DNA of 63,123 bases, counting the filler, from Olpidium bornovanus S191 (lineage: Eukaryota; Fungi; Olpidiomycota): assembly GCA_017911155.1 (NCBI GenBank). It is 28 parts of 28 records of this genome, joined end to end, with 100 filler letters (N's around TTAATTAATTAA, not from the genome) between each part and the next. Parts side by side here need not be neighbours in the genome. Positions count along the whole stretch, not along the records: positions 48,385 to 51,922 come from JAEFCI010011778.1; positions 52,023 to 54,151 come from JAEFCI010000960.1; positions 54,252 to 55,373 come from JAEFCI010002174.1; positions 55,474 to 57,280 come from JAEFCI010012049.1; positions 57,381 to 59,794 come from JAEFCI010009445.1; positions 59,895 to 61,671 come from JAEFCI010007035.1; 22 more parts are not named here. One strand, written 5' to 3'. The notes below the pieces were generated by a model. That model was given only the letters and a program-made list of their open reading frames with translations, was not told where the DNA came from and did not search any database. The number at the start of each line of letters is the position of its first letter. Positions within the stretch are counted from its first letter, which is position 1. Below are positions 50,080 through 61,650 of the stretch, in pieces. The translations under genes and the position numbers were made by a program.

Positions 50080-51922
50080 CTCCCTCAGAGATAGCACCAG
50101 GGTTACCCCTAATACTAACGTTGCAATATTTTTTTTACTTCGCTTGTTTTGCCAGTCCCATTTCTCCCCTTGCGCCATTTCTTCGAAATTTCCAAATTGG
50201 TGGGCTTTGACGGTGGCACAAGTTGTAGGTACGCCGGATTTGCATTCCACGGCAAACAATTCATATTTTCTGTGTGTGAACTTTAAAAACCTCAGTCACA
50301 CCTGTAAGGGAATAACACGGGACGAAGAAACAATGGCATAGCATCCACGGCTGCACCTTTTATTATGTGTGCCGGTTTCTTTTTGACAGTTGTTGCCGTA
50401 CTTTTCTTTTCAACGGTTGCAGGAGTAACAGGTTCGCCATGTTCGCATTATTCAGTAAACAGACAGCAATTTACGCTATTTGCTCACTATACTTTTTATT
50501 TGCAATTTTTCTTTTTTTCGGATTTTAGGCATGTTCGCATGGAAATTCCATGGGATGCTGGAACCCGGCATAGCCTCCACGACTGTGCTTTATTTTGACG
50601 ATTGCCGGTATAAGCTTTTTAATAGAGGAAAAAGAAAGGTTTATTTTGACGGCCCAAAATTCGGATGCACGCGCAACTTGCAATCCGGGCAATAATTTGC
50701 TTTGTTTGCTCACTATAATTTCTGTTTGCAAGTTGTTAGATCCTTGTAATGTTTGTATGGGAATTGCACGGGAGGAGGAAACCATCGTATAGGCATCACA
50801 ACTCTACCTCTTTTTTGACGGGTGCAGGTGCAGGCTTTCTTTTTTTTTTTTTGTTATCCTTTTTTTGACAGTCGCCGGCGAACTGTTTTTATTTTTAACG
50901 GCCAAACATGTTGCAGTTAGGCGGGGTTTGCATTACTCACTAGATGGGCAATAATTTTTCGTTGTTTTTTCACCATTACTTTTTGTTTTGCAAACTTGTA
51001 GGGTCTCAGTCACAGTTGTATTGGGATTGCACAAAACAATAAAACCATGGCATAGCTTCCACGGATGCATTTCTTTTTTGGTGGGTGCTGGCGCGCGGCT
51101 TTTTTTTTTTTTTTTTTTTTTTTTTTTTCGCCGTCGGACGGAAGGAATTAAGCCGCGGACGGCGGCGTTGTGCCTGTTCTGCCCGCTTTGCCCGATGGTC
51201 TAGTATAGAGGCCAGTATGGATGTGTGGCAGCTGACCGACTCCTGCCGGGTTCTACCGGAGGCAGGGATTCTCTCCGCGGAACGGTCCTGGAAGGAAGAA
51301 AGAAAGGAAGGAAAGAAGGAAGGAAGAAGGAAGGAAGGACGGAAGGAAGGACAAGGAAAGAAGGACTTACGGAAGGCATCACGATCGGCACACGATCGGC
51401 ATCGCCATCGTCACCGTGATAAAAAGGAAGGAAAAAAGAATGAAAGAAGTTTTTTTATTGATTTATTGTCTTTTGACGTCTGCCGGCGTACCTTTTTTGA
51501 ATATCTGTCAGCGTATTTTTTTTGTGTATCTGCCGGCGTACATTTCTTTATTTTTTTTTGACGCAGCGGCATTCGGAGATACGTGCATTTTGCAAAATGG
51601 CAATTAATTTGCTCTGTTCGCTCACTACACATTCTAATTGCGAGCTTATCGGATCTCAGTGTATGTTTGTGTGGGAATTGTACGGATGCACTATTGCATA
51701 GGCTCCACGGCTGAATTCCGCTCTTTTTATTTTAAAAAAGGCTGCGTCTGCCGGCTTACCTTTATTTTTGCACAGAAGAATTCGGAGGTACGCGAAAAGG
51801 AAGGACGGATTTTTTTGGACGCTATAGAATTTGAAGGTGCGTGCGATTTGCAGAACGTCCAATGCTTAACATTGCTTGCTCACTATACCTTCTATTTTCA
51901 AACTCGTAAGATCTCAGTCATG
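50080..51922 (-). repeat. Degenerate tandem array, unit about 220-260 bp, AT-richer than flanking genes; interrupted by a (GAAG)n tract near 51290-51365
   Basis: Anchor CATAG(C/G)..CCACGG at 50337, 50569, 50788, 51051, 51697; anchor CTCACTA at 50483, 50709, 50936, 51621, 51879. Confidence 0.8.
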
Positions 51923-52399
51923 NNNNNNNNNNNNNNNNNNNNNNNNNNNNNNNNNNNNNNNNNNNNTTAATTAATTAANNNNNNNNNNNNNNNNNNNNNN
52001 NNNNNNNNNNNNNNNNNNNNNNGCTGATCCTCTGGGGAAGGATATCTTCGACGACGAGCCGCCCGTCATTCGCTGACGTGAATTACTCGGCACAGTTTCT
52101 TTCCTAGCACGCACCCCGAAGAACTCCACCCGCCCGTTCATGTGAGAGAAGGGCGATCGTGACAGCCGTTGCAGGTTCTTGATTACGCCCAAAGATGTCC
52201 GTTTTCCTTGGATGCTTCATCGGCGCAACGTTCTGCCGTGAACGGATCGCTCTACCCGACATCTCCGCCCAAGACGCGGCGCAGTACGCCTGGGGACGCA
52301 AGATAAGCTTGTCGACTTTTCGGGGTTCTCTATTTAAAAGCTCATCACATCCACACGCATCGCACATCACCCTTGGCGGCGAGCAGGTCGCCACTCTCT

Positions 52400-52994
52400 G
52401 ACGCATGTCTGGTTGCGCCCCGTGTCAAAAACGTGGGTTTCAAAAATCGCCCGTCGCTGGAAATTCGGGACCTGTCGCTTACCAAAAAGAAAAAATATGC
52501 CGCAAACGTCCCTGAAAGAAGGGGGAGAGGGCCCGTCTGCATTCGCTTATTTTTTTGTTCTTTTTTTTTGTCAGGAAGCGGGGTTCTCAGCGCCGACAGC
52601 AGCAGGGAGAGCCGCTGGATGAGGACGAGCGGATGGAGGAGGAGGAGGAGTCCATTACAAGCAACCAATCGCCTGCAAACAACGGGCGGGACCGCTTGGG
52701 GTCGACGGAAGGACGAATTGCAGCGAAAAGCGGATGGCCAAGCGAACACGGCCAGGAGGGAGCACGCGACGGCGCAGAGGTTGACGTTCCACAGGGCGAT
52801 CTTGGCCGGGCCGACGGCGGCGAAAAGGATGGTGCTCTGGTTCGGGCCCCACGCCAGAATTGCTGGGGACGGGGTGCAGCCTGGCACGGCGGCGGCGGCG
52901 ACTTGGCGGCGGAGAGCGGGGCGTCAGCAGCGCTGCGTGGCGGGGTCAGGCTTGACAAGCAGAGCGCGCGGGCGTTCCCGGCGACCCAGTACAT
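52400..52994 (-). CDS. Possible RIC1-like (Rab6/Ypt6 GEF subunit) N-terminus
   Basis: Starts MYWVAGNARALCL (RIC1 proteins start MYW/MYF). Downstream ILFAAVGPAKIALWNV resembles the first propeller strands, but it is in another frame, so a frameshift or intron is required. Confidence 0.4.
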
Positions 52995-53494
52995 GGCTGC
53001 GCGCGTGCTGCGGTTCCGGGGGGGGGGGGACATGGGGGAATGAGTCGCGGGGAAGAAACAGCCACCAAAAAAAACAAACAGCCACCAAAAAAAACAAACA
53101 GGCGACAAAACAAGCAAAGGCAACACGCCGACAATTCTATACACAGCGTTTACATGCAAGTCCGGGATACAGCGAATCCCGGTCGACACATTTCGTGGTG
53201 AAACCCACTACAGCGGATAATAAGTTATAGTAAAATAGATTGGTCATAAATAGTTGGCAACTCAAGTTTAAAGCAGAAGTCCAGTCTTAACGGATAAACA
53301 ATTGATTGATATGCCGCAAGCAGAAAAAGAGGGACGTTGGCGAACGTTTAAATTCGCCGGGACGTTTTTCCGGAGAACAGTATTGCAAAATGCGTACCGG
53401 CGGCGTCGATAAGGGCCGCGGCGTAGAGAGCGGCCTTTCCCACGTCCGCGGCGGCGGGCGGGTTTGCAGGGTTCGGCGGGCGGGATGCGGGAGC

Positions 53495-53790
53495 GCGGCC
53501 ACGCTGCGAAGCGGGACGAAGCGGCGTCCCTTCTCCGCCCCGCTTCCCGTTCCTGGGTTCCCTCGTTCCTTCCCCTCTGTTCACCGCACGCGCGCGGGGC
53601 CCGCGCTGCGCAGGGGACGAAGCGGCGGCGTCCCATCTCCGCCCCGTTTCCCGCTCTTGGGTGTTCTCTCGTTCCTTGTCCTCTTGTTCACCGCACGTGC
53701 GCGCGGGCCGCACCGCGCAGCAGACGGGGCAGGGTCCTCTCCGCCATGTTCCCCGTTCTTTGTTCCTCGTTTCTTCTCTGTTCTTGGCAG
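53495..53790 (+). repeat. Approximately 110-bp degenerate tandem repeat (x2.5)
   Basis: Block GGGACGAAGCGGCG...CTCCGCCCCG.TTCCCG...CTCGTTCCTT...TGTTCACCGCACG.GCGCG recurs at about 53513 and 53625, with a partial third copy. Confidence 0.75.
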
Positions 53791-54388
53791 TCCCTTCTAA
53801 GTATAAATGAAGGAGTAAGCCGACTTTGCGGGCGGACCCGAACCGCTATGTACCAATGGTTTCGGTCACGTGGGGTGAGGGTTACTGTCACGTGGCACGC
53901 CGCCCCAATAATACACCTCCCTTTCAGGGGGCGTCTCTCACGTGGACTCGCGCGGGGGTGGGTGTGGCCTACGCAGCGAAACGTTTCCTCGAGTGACGAA
54001 TAACGTCCGCCGGAAATTATCTTTTGTTTCGTTTGTTGTCTCGCACGCGGGTTTATTGCTCAAGTGAAACTTAATTCCCACGTCTCCCCGCCCGGCACCT
54101 CGGCAGCCGCTGCCGCACCAACCACCTCACCCGCGCTCGCGCGCCTGCTCCNNNNNNNNNNNNNNNNNNNNNNNNNNNNNNNNNNNNNNNNNNNNTTAAT
54201 TAATTAANNNNNNNNNNNNNNNNNNNNNNNNNNNNNNNNNNNNNNNNNNNNTGTATGTATTGTACTCTGAGTGACCGGCACGCGGGGCTCCCTCCCGTCC
54301 TCGCAAAGCGTGCCCCTGCCGCCTCCTCCGCCAACCCCCCCCCCCCTCCCCCCCCCCCCCCGCCCCCCCCCCCCCCCCCCCCAGCATT

Positions 54389-54999
54389 ATGGCCGGCAAC
54401 GCGTTCCTCCCGCAGCAGCCGCCGCCGCAACCGCAGCCGCAGCCGCCGCCGCCGCCGCCGCCGCTGCAGCAGCAGCAGCAGCAGCACGGCCGCCACCACG
54501 AGCACCAGCATCACCAGCACCAGCACCGGCACCAGCACCAGCACCGGCACCGCCGCAGCAGCGGCGGCAACCCCGGCGACCAAGCCCCGCTCGGGGAACT
54601 CGCCGCCGCTGCCGCCGCGGGCGCGCAGCACGGCGCGCAGCACGCCCACCACCGGTTCCCCGGGCGTCTGCCGCACGAAGAGTGGAGGCGCGAGGTGTGT
54701 GTGTGCGTGTCTTTCGTGTGTGTCTTCTGTGTGCGCGTTGTGTCTGTGTGTGCGCGATTTGTGTGGTGGGAGAGGTGGGAAATGTAATCTCCCACCGTTT
54801 TGCTCTCTCTCTCTCTCTCTCTCTCTTTCTTCGCCGCGCGCGGGGAGAAAAAGAGTTGGCGAAACGTGGTTTCGGGAGCTTTTGACTCTCGCCCCCTTTT
54901 TGCCGATCTTATCGCCTCCGGCCCGACGACGGCGCGGTCGAAAAAACGAGCGACCGCGTCCTTTTCTCTCCGTCTCGCTCACTCTCTCTCCGTCTCTCT

Positions 55000-55054
<55 letters not shown>

Positions 55055-55268
55055 CCCCCCCCCCCCTCCCCCCTTCCCTCCCCCCCCCTTTCCCCCCCCC
55101 CCCCCCTCTATTCCGCGGTTAAACACCAACACAGTTCCACCACAACGTAATGCAGAAACTCTTCAAGGAGCAGCGCGACCGGAAGGTTGAGAGCAACCGG
55201 AACCTGTCGGTCATCGAGACGGACTCGGACTCGGAGAAGGACGTGCCCGACCTCCCGCCGCAGGAAAC
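54389..55268 (+). CDS. Unidentified Q/P/H-rich protein, 5' exons
   Basis: [14 protein letters not shown]...HQHQHRH...HEEWRRE ends at a GT donor. A later exon [38 protein letters not shown] lies between CAG and GTAAAT; the intervening (CT)n/(GT)n stretch is intronic-looking. Confidence 0.45.
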
Positions 55269-55291
55269 GGTAAATCCCTCCCGTTTCCCCA

Positions 55292-55363
<72 letters not shown>

Positions 55364-55490
55364 CGTGGTAAAANNNNNNNNNNNNNNNNNNNNNNNNNNN
55401 NNNNNNNNNNNNNNNNNTTAATTAATTAANNNNNNNNNNNNNNNNNNNNNNNNNNNNNNNNNNNNNNNNNNNNCCCCCGTGCAAACCCAC

Positions 55491-55710
55491 CCTGTGGGGC
55501 CGCGAAGTGAAGAACGTTTCCGTCCGCCTGGAACATGTTCACCTCCTCGATGCCGCTGATGGGGCTGACATTGAGCTTCTTGAGGGTGGACTGCAGCTTC
55601 TTATCGTCCGTGGTAGCCACCTTCTGGACCTTCTTCACCTTGCGGCGCGGGGTGCCCTTCCCGCCTATCCGCACGTTGGCCTGGAGCTGCTTGAGCCTGT
55701 CGGGGTTCAT
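55491..55710 (-). CDS. EGD1: Nascent polypeptide-associated complex beta subunit (EGD1/BTF3), first exon
   Basis: [28 protein letters not shown]...[33 protein letters not shown], then a GT donor. Confidence 0.96.
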
Positions 55711-56651
55711 TTCTGCGAGGCGGCGGGGGGTTGGGAATCCGTTGGGAAAACGACGAAGTGGGGGGAGGAGTTGGGAGAGAGACAACGTTGAGAAAAGCCG
55801 AGGGAAAGTTTTGCCCTTTTGTAGGGCATTGTAGGCCCGCATTTAGGCCGGCCGTCGTGGTCAACGTCGCGGCATCGAACGGGACTGCGGCGGGAGCGTA
55901 TCGTTTTCGCAAGACCCCATCCATCCTCTCCAGCACATTTTTTTCAAAATATTCTCCACCAGGCGACGGCGGCCTTCTCAAAGCGCAAACGCAGCTTTCC
56001 AGTTCGGGCCGGATGGGACGAAAGGAAGTTTTCGTCCCCCGCCCCTTCTTTCCATCGCGCCCACGCAGAAGGGGCGAGAATCCCGAGAGCGAGAAAGGCG
56101 CGCAAAGCGGAGAAAGGACACGATTAGGTGGGGGGGGAGGTTTCGGCCGGCAGAGACTGCCCCGCCCCCCAACCCTTTTCACTTTCGCGCGTTGTCTCTC
56201 CCGCCTGCTGACGCCGCACCCGGCAATCCCGGCAGCGTGGGGCGGACGAGGGCGAGGGCGAGGGCGCGTCCGCCGCGCATAACCGACACACAGGGGTCCC
56301 CCAGGGACGACGAGCGAGAGAGAAGAGAGGGGAGCCCTCCTTTCGCGAAGGCGCGCTTCCTCGCGCCTCCGGACACGACGACGTAGCCCCGCGGCGCGCG
56401 CGCGCGCTTGGGGTTACGCGTGGCGGTTTGGGTGGTTAAGGGTTGTCTGGCAGGGAGCCAGCAGCGGACCACTCGCCAATCCGTCTTTTTCGCGGAACCG
56501 CTCTCTGTCCTTCTCTCTCCCTCTCTCCCTCTCTCTCCCTCTCTCCTCACGTTTGTTTCGTCTCTCTTTCTTTTTTTCCGCTCTTGGTGGGAAGGAAGGA
56601 TGCGTGCGTCTGCGGTGGGAAAGGAAGGGAGCGAGGAAGAAGCGGCGGTGG

Positions 56652-56691
<40 letters not shown>

Positions 56692-57792
56692 AAAAAAAGA
56701 GGGGCCGGTGGGGGCGGTGAGAGGGGCCCCTCACCCAACCCGCCCGCCACGCCCTAAAAACGCGGCAACCACACAACGCCGCCGAGGCGAACACGATCCG
56801 CCGCAGGATAATCATCCTGCCGGATTTCGTGCCGTCGCGCTGCAACCGTCTTTTGCCTCGTCGTTCGCGGGCAGGCGGGGCCGTTTTTTGTTTTTTTGTT
56901 TTGGAATGGTCCCCGAGCCGTCAAATGCGAAACGGCGGGGATGTGGGTTGATGAGGTGGCGGATCAGGCAGAGGGAAAAAAGGGAAAGCATGGAAGAGAT
57001 GTTTGATTGTAAATGTTACGGTCAAAAAGGAAATTGGATTTACATGCAGCACGTTACGTCTTTAAAGCGCTAGAACCAACGAGACGGTTCCACCTGCCGG
57101 GGCGTAAAAAGAAAAGAAAAAAATGCCCCAAGCCCGGCGTCCAGATTTGCGCGAAGGCGCATGCGGCGTGCGCTGCGTAACTTTTTTCTTCTTTGCTTTT
57201 TTCGCCCCGGTGTTGTAGCCTGTCGGGCGGAAACGAGAGAGGAAAGGCCAAACAGGCGCGAGCAAGTTGAGAAAAAGCACNNNNNNNNNNNNNNNNNNNN
57301 NNNNNNNNNNNNNNNNNNNNNNNNTTAATTAATTAANNNNNNNNNNNNNNNNNNNNNNNNNNNNNNNNNNNNNNNNNNNNCATGTCCCTTAGGTTCTCGC
57401 CGGCGCGTTCGGTCCGCAGCAGGGGCAGCTTTATTGCGCAGGCCCGCACTACCTGAAGCACGCCCCGGCCCGTCCTTGTCGCAAGAGACGTCAGAACGAC
57501 CGCGTTTCGCCACAATGACGTCGCCAAAAAAAGCCCGACTTTGCAACTCGCCCGTAGGTTTTGGCAAGACGACAGTTGAAATCACCACGTCTCCGATCAC
57601 AAACGCGCGGGAAATGCACGGGCGAATACGTGCATTATCTTTCACGCCGGTTTACACAACTAGAGGTTCCTGCGTGCCGTTGGCAGCTAGACCAAAACCT
57701 TGCCGGACGGATAAACCGTCTTCGATAATCCAATCTGAAAGAGCATCTTGCGTGTGGGCGTTTTTGGGCGACTTCGCGCTATTTTTGCCACA

Positions 57793-57906
57793 GCCTTGGC
57801 TTCTTCTCTTGTCCCAAAAACGCTTCGGTCCCAAACAGTCCTCCTCCCCGCCTTGGCTTCTTCTCTTGTCCCAAAAACGCTTCGGTCCCGAACAGTCCTC
57901 CTCCCC
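57793..57906. repeat. 57-bp near-perfect tandem duplication just 3' of SCO1
   Basis: GCCTTGGCTTCTTCTCTTGTCCCAAAAACGCTTCGGTCCC(A/G)AACAGTCCTCCTCCCC at 57793 and 57850. Confidence 0.9.
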
Positions 57907-57960
57907 CCACCCTCACCCCTTTTTGAGGCAGAACGCCCGCCGGCAGACTTCCCAGCCTCT

Positions 57961-59731
57961 TCAGATCCAGCTTTTGAGGGGCGCCCCAATGCGCTCGGAC
58001 ATTGTGGGCTGCTTCTCCGCCGGCTCGGCTTCCTTAGCGCGCGCGCGTTCTTCCCGCTGGCGGAGCACGGCCTCTCGGCCCTCGGCGCCGCCGTCGGCCC
58101 GGTATTTTTTCACGTGGCTTTCGATGCTCAGGACAACCTGTCCGGGCGTCCACTCCCGGCTGTAAGCGTCGAGGAATTCGCCGTGCGGGTCCATAAAGTA
58201 GAAAAAGATGGAATGGTCCACCAGGTAGTCGTCCCCAGGGTCGACGCCAGGTGGGGCGCTAAAGTAGATTCGATACGCCTTGGCCGCGCGTGCCACTTGG
58301 TCGAACGTCCCAGTCAGGCCGATCAGATCAGAGTGGAAGTCTAAGGCAGATGGCGTCGAGGGAAGAGGGGGGGGGGAGAGGGGGAGAACACTGTTAACGC
58401 TTGCATTTCGGCGTGTGCCGGATCATTCTGCAACGTGAGCAGCCGGGCGGCGACAAGTAGTCTCCCTTTCGTCTGCTGTGCTGACGGGAACGCTTACCCT
58501 TAACGTAAGCCTTCACCTCGTCGATGCCGTCTCGCTGCGGATCGCAGGTGATGAAAATGGGCGTGACTTTTTTGCCCATCATCGGATTGGCGCCTGGACA
58601 AAGCACCAGGGTCAGCTGCCGTTGCCCCAAGCTGAAAGCCGCTGGCAAAGAAATGACCGCGTGCGCCTACGCAGCAGGTCCACGACGTCTGTCATCTTCT
58701 CCAGCTCCTCAGGGCAAACATCAGGGCAGTGCGTAAAGCCAAAATAGACCAGCAGGTACTGTCCTAGAAAATCTTCGTTGGTGACCGTCTTGCCCTCGGT
58801 GTCGACGAGGGTGAAGGGACCACCGATCTTCGGCTTCCCTGCCGCGGCCACCACCTTCTTCTGGGCCTCTGTGTCGAAAGCACCGTGCGCCGCCGCGTTA
58901 CGAAACGTGAATGGTCAACCGGCGTGACGCGATCACAGACTGCGGGGCAGTCTCAGCGCGCGCGAGGAGAGTGGAGGAGGAGGGCGTGGGGGGGGAGGTA
59001 TGTGTGTGTGGAGGATTTACCTTCCCTCTTAGCATCCATTCGTTTCTTTTCCTTTTCGAAGTGCCAACTTGCACCAAATATAGCGACAGTGAGGAATATA
59101 AAGCTATGGAAGACCGGCTGGACAGAATCGCGATATTCCTCAGCATTGCGCGAGGTGACTGAGCCCGCAGAACGGAATTCACAACGAGGTTGTCACCAAA
59201 CACCGCGGCGGTCTTCGCAAGTTGACGCACGTTCTCCGGTATGAACTTTTTTAAGATTTGCCGGCTCGAAAAAGGGCGAGAGCGGTCACTGCCGCTGAAA
59301 GCGTTGACAAGGGGGACGGGCGCAGCACGAGCCAGCGGCGAGGACCGTGAGGGATGGCGCGGTTCACGCCTCTTTTTTTTACGCCCGACCAACGGTAACA
59401 AGAAAAGGTTCGCATCCTGTCAGCGCCGCCCGCAGGTGAAAAAAAGTGCTCCCCGCATATTTCGGACGCACAGGGCCCGCGGGGCGGCGCGGCGCAAAGG
59501 CTTCGCTCCGTGAAAAACAAGTCGCACCGTTGACGACAAGGGGCGGCGGGAGACGAGAGCCGCGGCGCACCGCTGCCGGGCGTCGCTTCTGCCGGTCCTG
59601 CAGGCGGCGGCGGCAAAGCTTCCGTTCAGGGCGAGGTGGCCGCCGGAGGCGGTCCTGCGCGCCGCCCCCGCCGCGGAGGCTGCGGCGACGGCGGCGGCCG
59701 CGCTCCTCGTTGCGGGGCTGCAGGCCATCAT
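57961..59731 (-). CDS. SCO1: SCO1/SenC mitochondrial copper chaperone, apparently complete, multi-exon
   Basis: Ala/Arg-rich presequence; TM exon [22 protein letters not shown]; [13 protein letters not shown]; [15 protein letters not shown] (CxxxC); [11 protein letters not shown]; GLTGTFDQV; [15 protein letters not shown]. Confidence 0.95.
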
Positions 59732-59758
59732 AGTGCGCGTTGGTGGTGGCGGGAGGGG

Positions 59759-59791
<33 letters not shown>

Positions 59792-59894
59792 CCCNNNNNN
59801 NNNNNNNNNNNNNNNNNNNNNNNNNNNNNNNNNNNNNNTTAATTAATTAANNNNNNNNNNNNNNNNNNNNNNNNNNNNNNNNNNNNNNNNNNNN

Positions 59895-59942
<48 letters not shown>

Positions 59943-60019
59943 GAGAACCTGCGCCGCCTCCTTTCCTTCCCCGCGGGGCCCTTTTCCGCCTCACCGCACC
60001 GCCACGAGCGAGACGGAGC

Positions 60020-60060
<41 letters not shown>

Positions 60061-60499
60061 AGGTAAGAGATAAAAACGCGCAAGGGAAACGGGTGGGCAG
60101 GGGAACCCGGGGAGGGGGGGGGGGCCATACACTACCAACTTGGGGGGCGTGCACCACCCCACCGCCTCCGCCGCCGTGTGTTACATGCCCGCGCCACTCG
60201 AGCGAGGCGGCTTGCCGCTGCTGCCGCACATGACGATTATGCGCGACGGAAACGTTGGAACGTGTGCAACACGCGCCGCACGGTGTGAGCACGCACCACG
60301 TGCCCGTGTCTGTCCCCCCCACCCCGCTCCCACCGCGGGGCGCCGCGCATCATCACGCACTCGCGCCCGGCCCTGTTGGAAAGGGGGAGGCATAGTAAAG
60401 GGGCACTGCGCACTCTCCGCCTCTGGACCGTAGTCCCCTTTCCCGTACACATATAGAGTAAACAAAGGCGGCGAAAACACAGCCCCAGCTGATCTCCTC

Positions 60500-61189
60500 C
60501 GTACCCCGAAAAACCGTCTACGTTCTTCAGGCCCAGCCCCCCACCCCCACACGTTCCCCGCACAAACGCACCGGACGACGGGAAGACGATATGGGACCCG
60601 TCAATGACACTGCAGCAGATGGGGATCTTGCTTCGGATCTCAAACGACTGGGAGATTTTACACAATCTTGCTGTGGAGGGCAATGCAAGGTAGTCAGCCT
60701 TGAGGTTCTTGGTGATTGCATCAGTTACCATGTGCACCGTGTCGGACACGGTCACCATGGCCAAAATGCTCGCCCGTGGCTCTGCGTGTCCAGCCTTGGG
60801 CAATGTGGTAGAGGTACATTGCCAGCCGAACATTAGGTGCGACAGGATCTCTAAAATTTGTTGGATGCATCGTGATGTCCGCACTAATCAGCTTAAGCAG
60901 ATCCGAAAAGCTTTGACGAGTCATACGGAACAGGGTAAAGGATGTCCTGTCGAGGAGGAGGTCAGATTCATGAAGGAAAACATCACGCCACATCATTGAG
61001 CGAGAGAGCATCCATCACTTGGGTTTTGCACGACCGTTTGACACCGCCGAGACAATTCTGAAATGCCATGAGGGACTCGACCGACATCTGCGAGACGGCT
61101 GCCACTTCCTGACGGAAATTCTCGTGCCGGAACTTGATGAGGATGACGGCAGTGATGCAAGCAGCGAGGGTGATCTCTTGGGAGTCCAT
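60500..61189 (-). mobile_element. PIF/Harbinger (HARBI1/DDE_Tnp_4-like) transposase pseudogene
   Basis: FRMTRQSFSDLL...TNFRDPVAPNVRLAMYLYHIAQG...HFG, then (frameshift) TVSDTVHMVTDAI...LP...FE.RSKIPICCSVIDGSHI with the first catalytic Asp; the remainder is lost. Confidence 0.85.
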
Positions 61190-61314
61190 TTTAATGGGCT
61201 AGTGGGGGCTAGTGGGTTGACGAGGTCGAAAACCAGGGCGGGCGCGCCTCACGGGTTTATGTCAGCCAGCGCAGCGGCAGCAGCACGCCGGCACAGCCGA
61301 TGTTTTGCATATCA

Positions 61315-61650
61315 TCCCCTGGTTTCCCCCCTGGGTTTCCCTAGAATTTTGCACAGTCATCCCACTGTTTTTCCCCTGGTCCCCCTCGCCCGCTCTCCCT
61401 GTCCCTCGAATTTCCCACAGTAATCCCCCCGCTTTCCCCTGGTACACCCCGCTGTCTCCATAATCGTTCTCAAGGTCCCCTTTTTTGTCCCGCAATAAAA
61501 GAACTTTTGATTGCCAAAACGTGCAAAACGTGCAAATGTGCAATTGCCAAAACGTGCAGCAGAAACAAGCAAAAAAATGGCAGAACGGCATTGAGACCTG
61601 CAACAGAAACAAGCAAAAAGAAAAGGCGGGAAAAGGCGGGCATTGAGAAC
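61315..61650 (+). repeat. Short clustered direct repeats upstream of the Harbinger ORF (possible subterminal repeats)
   Basis: AAAACGTGCA x3 (61515-61558), CAGAAACAAGCAAAAA x2, AAAAGGCGGG x2, GGCATTGAGA x2, and a degenerate duplicated block at 61320-61450. Confidence 0.6.

Noticed and set aside
50080-51922. CRISPR array
   Set aside because: The units are long and degenerate with no unique spacers between identical repeats; there are no cas genes and the context is eukaryotic.
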